Shown one piece after another: positions 9,348 to 17,159 of a stretch of 56,409 bases of DNA. Position 1 is the first letter of the stretch, and each line of letters begins with the position of its first letter. A program made the translations under genes and the position numbers. The notes beneath the pieces are model-generated. The model saw only the letters and a list, made by a program, of their open reading frames with translations. It had not been told where the DNA came from and searched no databases. The DNA is from a virus. Taxonomy: Duplodnaviria; Caudoviricetes. The stretch spans positions 1-56,409 of the IMG/VR virus record IMGVR_UViG_3300044681_000017. One strand, written 5' to 3'.

Positions 9348-10571
9348 TTAATTCCTCGTTGGTTTATCCCATCCTTTAATAACATCTGGTGAAAAGTTGT
9401 TGTATGAAAACTCCATACGATCAACCAATTTCACCGCATCACCACCAAGATGATCAATCGCCACGTATCCTTCTTCACCAGTTACTTTGTAACCATTTTT
9501 GGTTTGTACGAACGTGCCGATTTGTTTCAATCTATCAAGTTTATTTATAAGTTTTAGTTTCGCTAAAACAATAACTTTTTGTAGTTCAAACATATTAACT
9601 AAAGATGTTTTATTGGTAGGAGAGAAGAATTTGAGAATTTCATCACGGGCAGCAACTTGAGTAGCCTTACCTTTTTCAGTACTTCTCTTATCAATCTCTT
9701 TCTGATACTTCTGATTAATCCACTTGATTAGACCGGCTGTGTGTTTCTTGGTGTCACCGATAACAGCACCTTGTCGAACAAAGGTGTTGTTGTACTGCTC
9801 AATCAATCGTGCAAGGTCTTGGTTTGCTTCTAGTTCACGAAGAGTTGAACCAGCGACCTTATTGAAAAGATAACCAGCTTGAGATAAGTAACCATTTACT
9901 TCCTCAGTGTCTTTTGCACTCATGGTTGCATTAGTAACGTCACGCAACATAGCGTCTTGTGACCATACGTTATTGGAATTCTTAAACTTGGACACATTGA
10001 CACCATATGAGGCTTTCATAGATTCAAAGTCGTTTCCAGAATAAGTTGTGTGCCATACAATCCCGATCTTCGCTTTCTTAATCGGTTGCGCTTGATTTAC
10101 AGGTACGGCATAAACAATTGTGTTGGGGTGAAAGGTAACGTATTTTACACCGTCAATTGTTTTAGTTGCAAGATCACCAGGCCCAAACAGGAAGTCTCCC
10201 TGAATGACGCCCTTGATTCCCAGTTCAGGAAGATACCTCAGTGCAGCCTTCATCTTGTCTGCAAGGTCACCCGACATCTCAGCATCGATTTCTGCATTGG
10301 TCTTGTACACCTTGGGGTTCTTTGCAAAGATACCTTTCTTCGCAACAAAGAACTTACCGTCACGTGGGTCTTGACCACAGAAGATAGCAGGCGCACCATC
10401 CCACTTCACAGAGATATTACCCTCCTTCTTACCAGCCAACATATCACGCATATCACGCAACGCAAAGATTGCCTGGCGAGTTCCACTCACACCACCATAG
10501 AGGACACGATCCTCAATATGGGTCATGTGAGTATTTTTTTGTTCCGTAATAAACTCTGAAAAGTTTTCCAT
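9348..10571 (-). CDS. Covalent nucleotidyltransferase (RNA-ligase-like) fold protein, DUF6267-like by recollection
   Basis: Motifs SVKWDG (I), IQGDFL (III), EGYVA (IV), VKLV (V); starts MENFSEFITE. Confidence 0.7.
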   Translation of the reverse strand: MENFSEFITEQKNTHMTHIEDRVLYGGVSGTRQAIFALRDMRDMLAGKKEGNISVKWDGAPAIFCGQDPRDGKFFVAKKGIFAKNPKVYKTNAEIDAEMSGDLADKMKAALRYLPELGIKGVIQGDFLFGPGDLATKTIDGVKYVTFHPNTIVYAVPVNQAQPIKKAKIGIVWHTTYSGNDFESMKASYGVNVSKFKNSNNVWSQDAMLRDVTNATMSAKDTEEVNGYLSQAGYLFNKVAGSTLRELEANQDLARLIEQYNNTFVRQGAVIGDTKKHTAGLIKWINQKYQKEIDKRSTEKGKATQVAARDEILKFFSPTNKTSLVNMFELQKVIVLAKLKLINKLDRLKQIGTFVQTKNGYKVTGEEGYVAIDHLGGDAVKLVDRMEFSYNNFSPDVIKGWDKPTRN

Positions 10572-11353
10572 TAGTTAAACTCTCTGTATGATTTTTCCCA
10601 CAACAGAAGATCGTCTTCGAACCACTCCATTATCTCCTGTTGCCTTGCTTCTGTCAAGAGAATTTTTTGATTCTCTTTGTTATTTTTAAAATGTTCTGGT
10701 TTGATGTATTCTACACCCTTCTCTTTGGAAAATCTTTCTAACCAATCATATGTGTTCTCAACATTAAAAAGTGTTGCACCTTCCGGAACAAAATAGTTCT
10801 GAGGGGCCTTAAATAGAGCATCCCACATAGAGAAGGTTACTTCACCTTCCTTGAACCTATCCCAAGCCGAATTCGGGTCTTCCGACAATACATAATCCGA
10901 CTTTTTACCAAAGGTTGTTAGGTATGATACAATAGACATAAACCTACTTACTGGATGTCTTATTGTAGATACACAAGGCATTCCTTCCTCAACTAATCCA
11001 ACCTCTACCATTTTGTGGTATGGGGTGTGCCAAATATGTTGTCTGTGAACTTTCGTATCATTGACAAATTGACCGAAATTAACCAAATTATGATCTAACA
11101 GGGGGTTTTGTGTTTTACTCCCCCCATAAGGATAATTGATAGGTAACCTACCCGATCCCCTACCTTCAGTTTTATTTTGTCCATGATCAGAACCCTCAAT
11201 ACCACTACAGATATCGCCTTCCGATTCAACTACCAATCCCATGTCATAAAGCCCAACTGCACATGTGGTAGATGCACACTTGGGAATTCTCACAAACACA
11301 AAATCATTACTATAGGATATAATCATCTCAAAAGTTTTCCATTTATCAATCAA
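10571..11353 (-). CDS. Sulfotransferase family protein
   Basis: 5'-PSB motif FVRIPKCASTT and 3'-PB motif IRHPVSRFMS. Confidence 0.8.
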   Translation of the reverse strand: MIDKWKTFEMIISYSNDFVFVRIPKCASTTCAVGLYDMGLVVESEGDICSGIEGSDHGQNKTEGRGSGRLPINYPYGGSKTQNPLLDHNLVNFGQFVNDTKVHRQHIWHTPYHKMVEVGLVEEGMPCVSTIRHPVSRFMSIVSYLTTFGKKSDYVLSEDPNSAWDRFKEGEVTFSMWDALFKAPQNYFVPEGATLFNVENTYDWLERFSKEKGVEYIKPEHFKNNKENQKILLTEARQQEIMEWFEDDLLLWEKSYREFN

Positions 11354-11933
11354 TCCCCATAGTTAGATGATAGAACATATCTTGTGTTGTTCCACCGTCC
11401 AATCTTCTAATTTCTAAGAACATCTCAATCCCACCATCTGTAAATGGAAACATCTTCATTTCTGGCGTCAAGTCTGAAGTTGATTTACCAACTAGTGCTT
11501 TGGAATGAACCATTGTATCAGATGCAATTTCGTTTGGTGTTCCATCAATATCATCAAACTTGACATATTGAATACCAGTTGAACCTAAGTCTACCCAAGT
11601 GTATGCTGAGTCAAGAGTTGGATTCATATGCCAACGATACCCAGCAACAACAGATGCACCACCATTCAGTGTAATAGAAAAGTCAAGTAGATGAAACTCT
11701 GTTCCACTATCTGGTTTTACTCGCAATCCAAATACTGGAATCCAATCATCTTGGAACTTCCACCCAACATTAGAACCGGCATCATCGTAGTTGTCGATAG
11801 CGGCAAATGCACTCGGTTGATGTCCACCAGATGGCGTTATAACATGACCACTTGCATCAGCAAGCATCACGACTTCGTAGATGTCTTTTCCGTTATTTAA
11901 TTGTGCGTTTTTTTCAGTACTAAACTGTGCCAT
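11346..11933 (-). CDS. Hypothetical beta-rich protein, possibly structural
   Basis: 195-aa ORF in the late unit. Confidence 0.6.
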   Translation of the reverse strand: MAQFSTEKNAQLNNGKDIYEVVMLADASGHVITPSGGHQPSAFAAIDNYDDAGSNVGWKFQDDWIPVFGLRVKPDSGTEFHLLDFSITLNGGASVVAGYRWHMNPTLDSAYTWVDLGSTGIQYVKFDDIDGTPNEIASDTMVHSKALVGKSTSDLTPEMKMFPFTDGGIEMFLEIRRLDGGTTQDMFYHLTMGID

Positions 11934-11934
11934 G

Positions 11935-13236
11935 TTACATTACCTTTAAGTGAACTGCTGATAGGGGAGTTTGGGATTTTGCCACACGATAGAGATAAGT
12001 CATAAAATCCTGTTCTCTACCCTTCACCATCACAAAAATAGTCGTAACATAATACTTGGATACCAACCAACCCATATCCTTTCGGGCTAATTCCTTGCCG
12101 AAAGTTTCTCTGTCTACAGGGTTAGTTACCGCAGAAGTATAGAATCCATAGAACTTGTCAAGGAAACCTTCACGATCTTTCTTAATGAAAGCTTCCAACT
12201 GTTTACGGTTTTCAGTCTTGTCTCGTGTCGCTGCATATAGTGCAGCATCAATGCCACCATGTGACACCTTACCGTGTTTCGCCTTCTTACCGATCACCTC
12301 ACATTGAAATGTGGGGTAGGTACGGAATTGCATTTCGACACCATTGGCGCCAAACAGGTAACCATCTTTTGATTTGAAGAAGTCCCGTTTACCATACGAC
12401 ACACTGGTGAACACGGGGGGTTTGAAAGGAACTCTATAGTTAACAGAAACCAACTTGGGTTTATTACCGGCCTGTTTCAAAGAGACACCAAGGATGTCTC
12501 GTTCAGTGTAGGCCTTGAGGAGTTCGTTGTTTAGATACTGAAGGGACTGTGCGCCTTCGATGTCATACTTGTTCTCTGCTCCACGTGCCACCAACCAGAT
12601 GTCAGCGGGAGTCCACTTGTTGACATTAGCAAAGGGACTACCGTCCGCTTTGTTGAGTTCTTTGAATTTGTTTTCAAGGGCATCAACCCATGAGGAACCA
12701 CGGTGAAAAGAATATTGTTTCTTTTTCAAGGCACGATGTAACAGACGGGCGGTATTGATAGATGAACTAATCCAAGATTCATCACCAAGCAGAACCTCGT
12801 TCAGACTCGCATCGGTATGTACTCTACGGTATGCGTTTCTAATATCGTCTGAGGTGAACTTTGTGTTGGGGTCATCCCAGATTGCTTGTAGGTAAACACA
12901 CTGAGCGGATTCGGTTGCACGAGTGTTATCTGATCCGCCACCCGAACCACGGCCGCCACCAAACTCCTGAGTCTTGGAGAGTTTACCAAACGAGATTTTT
13001 TCACCGGAGTGAGTCTCCAGTCCGATTTTATTAGCCGCCTTAGAATCTTTAGATTTAAGAGCTCTCTCAATTTCAGCATTGTACTTGAGTACAACTTGAC
13101 TACCGTCCGTAAGTTCGAACGGTTCGTTACCCTTATACTTTCGAAGAAAAAGTTCTAAGCGAAACTCTCTATCATCACGAGTAATCTCACCGAAAGTGAG
13201 AGAACCCTCTGCTAAAAAAGTTTTGAACCCTTGCAT
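11935..13236 (-). CDS. Putative PD-(D/E)XK-like nuclease with capsid-targeting-like N-terminus
   Basis: Starts MQGFKTFLAE; ATESAQ...TPADIW...GVSLK pattern. Confidence 0.6.
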   Translation of the reverse strand: MQGFKTFLAEGSLTFGEITRDDREFRLELFLRKYKGNEPFELTDGSQVVLKYNAEIERALKSKDSKAANKIGLETHSGEKISFGKLSKTQEFGGGRGSGGGSDNTRATESAQCVYLQAIWDDPNTKFTSDDIRNAYRRVHTDASLNEVLLGDESWISSSINTARLLHRALKKKQYSFHRGSSWVDALENKFKELNKADGSPFANVNKWTPADIWLVARGAENKYDIEGAQSLQYLNNELLKAYTERDILGVSLKQAGNKPKLVSVNYRVPFKPPVFTSVSYGKRDFFKSKDGYLFGANGVEMQFRTYPTFQCEVIGKKAKHGKVSHGGIDAALYAATRDKTENRKQLEAFIKKDREGFLDKFYGFYTSAVTNPVDRETFGKELARKDMGWLVSKYYVTTIFVMVKGREQDFMTYLYRVAKSQTPLSAVHLKVM

Positions 13237-13277
13237 TTAAATTTCCTATAAAGTGTTAACATCGGTGATCTTAACAC

Positions 13278-13285
13278 TATTTATA
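13278..13285 (-). promoter_or_regulatory. T4-type late promoter embedded in an inverted repeat
   Basis: Exact TATAAATA about 42 nt upstream of ATG 13236. Confidence 0.8.
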
Positions 13286-13299
13286 AGAATCGGCAAGTG

Positions 13300-13971
13300 T
13301 CAAAACATACCTTGTTCTGAATTATATTGAGCAATTGTTTCCTTCAAGGGGCGTACCCAATCATCACGATGTTCGATAAACACCTGTGGAGGGTTATCAT
13401 CAACTGCAATGATAGTCACCAACTGAGTGATAGGCATACCAGTACGTTCTTCCCACATGATTGCGTAGGCAGACTCTTGCATGAAATAGTTAGTGATGTT
13501 GCTTCGATACTTCTTCTTACGTGAGGTCTTGAAGTCGATGATACTCAACTTACCGGCAAATTCAGCAACACAATCAACACGACCAGCCACACCGAGATGT
13601 GTAGAGTATAGGGGGGCTTCTTGTGCATAGACTTTTCCAATGTTATCATCCAAGATAGGTTGTAGATCAAGAAAAGACTGAACAATATCAGGGGTGTAAC
13701 CATCACGGAAATTTTCTTTATTATCTATGTACTTCTCAATAATTTCATGGACGGCAGTACCACGAGTAGAAGCACGGTGAGAGATACGATTCGCTTCTTC
13801 TTCACCAACACGTTTACGCCATGCAGCAATGCCAGCACGTGAGAGGATGGAGAGAACCGTTGTGATAGAAGGAAGTCCAAGACCTTCGGGGGTCTTGTAC
13901 ACTCGACCTTCTTCGGTTGTCTCTGCAACCATCTCAGTGAGTTCAACGTTTACGTGTTCAAAGGTTTTCAT
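13300..13971 (-). CDS. PD-(D/E)XK (Cas4/RecB-like) exonuclease
   Basis: PSITTVL, RGTAVH, AGRVD, IIDFKTS, QESAY; start moved to MKTFEH at 13971. Confidence 0.85.
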   Translation of the reverse strand: MKTFEHVNVELTEMVAETTEEGRVYKTPEGLGLPSITTVLSILSRAGIAAWRKRVGEEEANRISHRASTRGTAVHEIIEKYIDNKENFRDGYTPDIVQSFLDLQPILDDNIGKVYAQEAPLYSTHLGVAGRVDCVAEFAGKLSIIDFKTSRKKKYRSNITNYFMQESAYAIMWEERTGMPITQLVTIIAVDDNPPQVFIEHRDDWVRPLKETIAQYNSEQGMF

Positions 13972-14201
13972 AGTAGACAACAATCCAATAGTCCCACACC
14001 TAACATCAGGGACATAACAATATTCAACAGAAACAACGCTCGATCTTTCCAGATGGCTGCGACAACAGTCCAAGCGACCGAACCGACAAAACCAAACCAC
14101 ATATCGAAAACGTAGTAATCTGTACCGTTACTGCGAAACGCAACCGCCGCAAGAATGCAGAAGGTTGCGAACCACTTTAATTTATGTGAGAACTCAAGCA
14201 C
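13968..14201 (-). CDS. Small membrane protein
   Basis: 77 aa with three hydrophobic segments. Confidence 0.65.
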   Translation of the reverse strand: MLEFSHKLKWFATFCILAAVAFRSNGTDYYVFDMWFGFVGSVAWTVVAAIWKDRALFLLNIVMSLMLGVGLLDCCLL

Positions 14202-14793
14202 TCAACTTCTCCCGCATCTTTTCCATACGATCCCGTGATGCCTTCCACTGTTCGAAGGTCATCGGTTTACGTGCGTCACCACACGCCAACTTCTGCTTCT
14301 TGAATTCTTCCTTGAGAACCTTCGCAGCGTCACGTCCCATGAAACGGGAAACCAGACTCAACAGGGTCTTACGGAAAGAACGTCCATGATGCATATTACC
14401 AAGACAGTGACTCAACTCATGGAGTAGAGTGTAGACGTTCAGACCACACATGGTATCCAGAGTCACAGAGTAACCGTTAGTCCAACCAGAAGTTCCACGA
14501 CCAGTGTTACGTTGCTTTGCGACAACCTTGGGCGTACTCCGTGCAAGGGCCATCACATCGTTCTGGACATTCTCAGACCAGAGTTTCTGCCAAGTCTTGG
14601 ACTTGTAAATCTTCTTGGCGTACTTCTGAGCATCTTCAATGGACTTGAAGTTGGGGTTCTGAACACGAGCCTGAAAGGCCCACTCAGCACGATAGGTCTT
14701 CTTGCGTTCCGTGTCTTGCCCACGGGCGCCCTTGTTTTGCTTGCGGGCGTGGTTCAGAAGATAGGTATCATATCTGATCTTGTCTAAATTCAT
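14194..14793 (-). CDS. HExxH zincin/SprT-like protein
   Basis: LLHELSH...HGRSF; has its own early promoter. Confidence 0.75.
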   Translation of the reverse strand: MNLDKIRYDTYLLNHARKQNKGARGQDTERKKTYRAEWAFQARVQNPNFKSIEDAQKYAKKIYKSKTWQKLWSENVQNDVMALARSTPKVVAKQRNTGRGTSGWTNGYSVTLDTMCGLNVYTLLHELSHCLGNMHHGRSFRKTLLSLVSRFMGRDAAKVLKEEFKKQKLACGDARKPMTFEQWKASRDRMEKMREKLSA

Positions 14794-14821
14794 AATAACT
14801 CTCTCATCAAATTACCTATAC

Positions 14822-14850
14822 ATCATACTACACGCCGCAAGGTTTGTCAA
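14822..14850 (-). promoter_or_regulatory. Sigma70-type early promoter
   Basis: TTGACA-17-TATGAT, followed by leader GTATAGGTAATTTGATGAGAGAG. Confidence 0.75.
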
Positions 14851-15017
14851 GACTTATTTTTAAATTCAGACCGCTCCTTGAACAGTTTCTTGATATTTTC
14901 TTTAAGCTCCTTCTGACGCTTTCGATCAAAGAAGTCACCTTCAAGCATCTTGTCTACTTCGTACTGAGTCCATGCAATATCGATTTCAATATCACGAACG
15001 GTTCGTACTTCAGTCAT
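14847..15017 (-). CDS. Small hypothetical protein (56 aa)
   Basis: Manual translation MTEVRTVRDIEIDIAW...; GGAGAG RBS; promoter upstream. Confidence 0.55.
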   Translation of the reverse strand: MTEVRTVRDIEIDIAWTQYEVDKMLEGDFFDRKRQKELKENIKKLFKERSEFKNKS

Positions 15018-15074
15018 TTTAGTCTCTCCAATAGAGTTTAAGAAAAATACCCTTAAGGGTCAGTTACAAGTTAC

Positions 15075-15103
15075 ATAATACAGGATTCGACATTCCTTGT
15101 CAA
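15075..15103 (-). promoter_or_regulatory. Sigma70-type early promoter
   Basis: TTGACA-17-TATTAT. Confidence 0.7.
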
Positions 15104-15111
15104 GCCCTATT

Positions 15112-15201
15112 TGGCGGAAGGGGTGGGATTTGAACCCACGGAGGGGGTTAACCCTCGCTGGTTTTCAAGACCAGTGCATTCAACCGCTCTGCCACCCTTC
15201 C
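15112..15201 (-). tRNA. tRNA-Ser (anticodon UGA)
   Basis: Cloverleaf with long variable arm, CT-TGA-AA loop, GTTCAAATC, encoded CCA. Confidence 0.95.
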
Positions 15202-15273
15202 TAACCGAATTGAAATAATTGTTACGCAATTGTCTACGTCTTGCTTCACAAGTATTTCTAAATCGTCTAATCA

Positions 15274-15657
15274 TCATTCCTCCGGTAACGGGATAGGTAA
15301 CTCAACCAAGTTGTGTTCTCTATCCAGATATTTCATTTCAATTAAAACGGGTTCCATCTCTTGGATGCTTGAAACCACATCATATGGGTCAAGTTGTCCG
15401 CAAGTGTAAACGTCAAGTTGCAACATTGCGGGTTCTTCTTCATCCCAGATATGTAATGCAATATGACTCGTTTCGATAATCGTAACCGCAGTCAGTCCAC
15501 GGTTACCTTCAACCTCACAATAGATCGAATATGGCCCACCAAGGATTTTCATCCCAATCTTTTCGATTAGGTTTGGAAGCCAAGTCTCACTCATATACGA
15601 GGGGTCAACAATTGGATTGTTGATCTCCGCTCTAACAATTAAGTGTTTATGAAACAT
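15274..15657 (-). CDS. speD: S-adenosylmethionine decarboxylase proenzyme
   Basis: GLTAVTIIETSHIALHIW...LDVYTCG (self-cleavage serine motif). Confidence 0.85.
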   Translation of the reverse strand: MFHKHLIVRAEINNPIVDPSYMSETWLPNLIEKIGMKILGGPYSIYCEVEGNRGLTAVTIIETSHIALHIWDEEEPAMLQLDVYTCGQLDPYDVVSSIQEMEPVLIEMKYLDREHNLVELPIPLPEE

Positions 15658-15677
15658 TATTATTATTATTCCTTATT

Positions 15678-15751
15678 TGGATGCCCCTCGTGGACTTGAA
15701 CCACGACTACCGGAATCAAAATCCAGCGTCCTACCATTAGACGAAGGGGCA
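15678..15751 (-). tRNA. tRNA-Gln (UUG)
   Basis: Cloverleaf, TT-TTG-AT loop, CCA. Confidence 0.93.
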
Positions 15752-15753
15752 AC

Positions 15754-15829
15754 TGGTGATCCCTGTTGGATTCGAACCAACGACCAATTGATTAAAAGTC
15801 AATTGCTCTACCTACTGAGCTAAGGGATC
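15754..15829 (-). tRNA. tRNA-Lys (UUU)
   Basis: Cloverleaf, CT-TTT-AA loop, CCA. Confidence 0.95.
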
Positions 15830-16211
15830 AAACCTTCTTATATCGATTAATAGTCCCATCAGGTTCGACAACCATCAGTTCATCCCGATAATTAGCCATC
15901 ACACGGTATTCCCCTTCAGCAATGATACGATCAAGTTCACGCAACTTACGCATCACAGCATTTGCAACACCAAACTTATTGCGGCCGGTTTCGATTGCTT
16001 CCTCTACCACTTCCGCACAACCATTATATACCTCATCGGGAATAGACCACGAATACTCTGTTGCAGCCTTAAGATCACCAACACGGCGAAGGTACTCCTG
16101 TCCACCATCTACTGAGATAGAACCACACTTACATGTTACAAAATCATGACGATGCTTCGAGAAGATAAAATCATCACAATTATTACAAACCACTGCATTC
16201 TGAACAATCAT
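15828..16211 (-). CDS. Zinc-ribbon hypothetical protein
   Basis: CNNC...CKCG..VDGG motif. Confidence 0.7.
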   Translation of the reverse strand: MIVQNAVVCNNCDDFIFSKHRHDFVTCKCGSISVDGGQEYLRRVGDLKAATEYSWSIPDEVYNGCAEVVEEAIETGRNKFGVANAVMRKLRELDRIIAEGEYRVMANYRDELMVVEPDGTINRYKKV

Positions 16212-16384
16212 TTCTTTGCCTCATATCCATAAATCATACTATCATTAAGTTTTTCATATATGATAGACCTAAGTTGTTGAATGTCTTCCGGAGGAATATA
16301 TCCAACCCTTGAAATCACTTCACCAAGAATTTCATTAACATCTTCAGCAAGTTTACACAACAACAAAATAAAGACTTTCTAAAA

Positions 16385-16460
16385 TGGTGCCCCCAGAGAG
16401 ATTCGAACTCCCGACCTACTGATTACAAATCAGTTGCTCTACCAGCTGAGCTATAAGGGC
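16385..16460 (-). tRNA. tRNA-Thr (UGU)
   Basis: Cloverleaf, TT-TGT-AA loop, CCA. Confidence 0.95.
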
Positions 16461-16464
16461 TATT

Positions 16465-16539
16465 TGGCTCCCTGAGATGGATTCGAACCACCGACCAATT
16501 GATTAACAGTCAACTGCGCTACCGCTGCGCCATCAGGGA
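16465..16539 (-). tRNA. tRNA-Asn (GUU)
   Basis: Cloverleaf, CT-GTT-AA loop, CCA. Confidence 0.95.
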
Positions 16540-16545
16540 ATAAGA

Positions 16546-16749
16546 TTAATTACGAAGTTCCAACATGATGTCACGAACCATTTCACGGTCTACCGAATCA
16601 GCATCCCATTGAATGTCGTTATGACGTTCCAGACGAATCTTGACAGCCTCTTCGACATTCTCCTTCGTAGCGCCAAAATCGTAGATACCACCCGTACCGT
16701 AGAAGTCCAGACAGTAGTCAACAAACTCATTCATATTCATACAAGCCAT
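16546..16749 (-). CDS. Hypothetical early protein
   Basis: Start moved to MACMNM, downstream of the promoter and GAGAG leader. Confidence 0.6.
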   Translation of the reverse strand: MACMNMNEFVDYCLDFYGTGGIYDFGATKENVEEAVKIRLERHNDIQWDADSVDREMVRDIMLELRN

Positions 16750-16781
16750 AACAAAACTCTCTTTTCTCAATTTACTGTTAT

Positions 16782-16810
16782 ATAGTACAGGACTCAGCAA
16801 AGATTGTCAA
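16782..16810 (-). promoter_or_regulatory. Sigma70-type early promoter (likely also drives the tRNA cluster)
   Basis: TTGACA-17-TACTAT. Confidence 0.7.
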
Positions 16811-17159
16811 GCATTTCTTTTCGAATTTTTGTAGCAGAGATGGACTCTACCTGTTCTCCAAGATGTTCCTGTTCAATCCGATACCCCACATCTCTCCCAT
16901 AGGTGATATGAGTGATGTTAGGAACCGCCAGAACTGAGTAGTGGACTTGATGCACAAACCCGTGTTTGGCCAGTTCCACGACAATTCGGTCTTTCCTCTC
17001 ATCGAAAGAGAATGGGTTTGAGGCGTCCTGCTCCATCTCACGGAGCATGATCACTACTTGACCAGTTTTGGAAATTGCTCGTTTAAATAGTTCTGTATGC
17101 CCGTCATGCCACGGTTGAAACCTTCCAAGGAGCTGCGTAGTTGGTTTAAATCGATCCAT
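16794..17159 (-). CDS. HxGH nucleotidyltransferase (cytidylyltransferase-like)
   Basis: LGRFQPWHDGH and ISATKIR. Confidence 0.85.
   Translation of the reverse strand: MDRFKPTTQLLGRFQPWHDGHTELFKRAISKTGQVVIMLREMEQDASNPFSFDERKDRIVVELAKHGFVHQVHYSVLAVPNITHITYGRDVGYRIEQEHLGEQVESISATKIRKEMLDNLC

Noticed and set aside
13300-13971. Cas4-like nuclease as evidence of a CRISPR system
   Set aside because: No repeat-spacer array or other cas genes were seen, and stand-alone PD-(D/E)XK exonucleases are common in T4-like phages.
15112-15201. tRNA with 'UGA' as a suppressor or selenocysteine tRNA, or genetic-code reassignment
   Set aside because: UGA is the anticodon and reads the Ser codon UCA. Core genes are full-length in the standard code and use all three stop codons.
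16208-16363. Possible ~51-aa TTG-start ORF between tRNA-Thr and the zinc-ribbon gene
   Set aside because: The frame is open, but there is no clear RBS or motif, so it is too weak to list.
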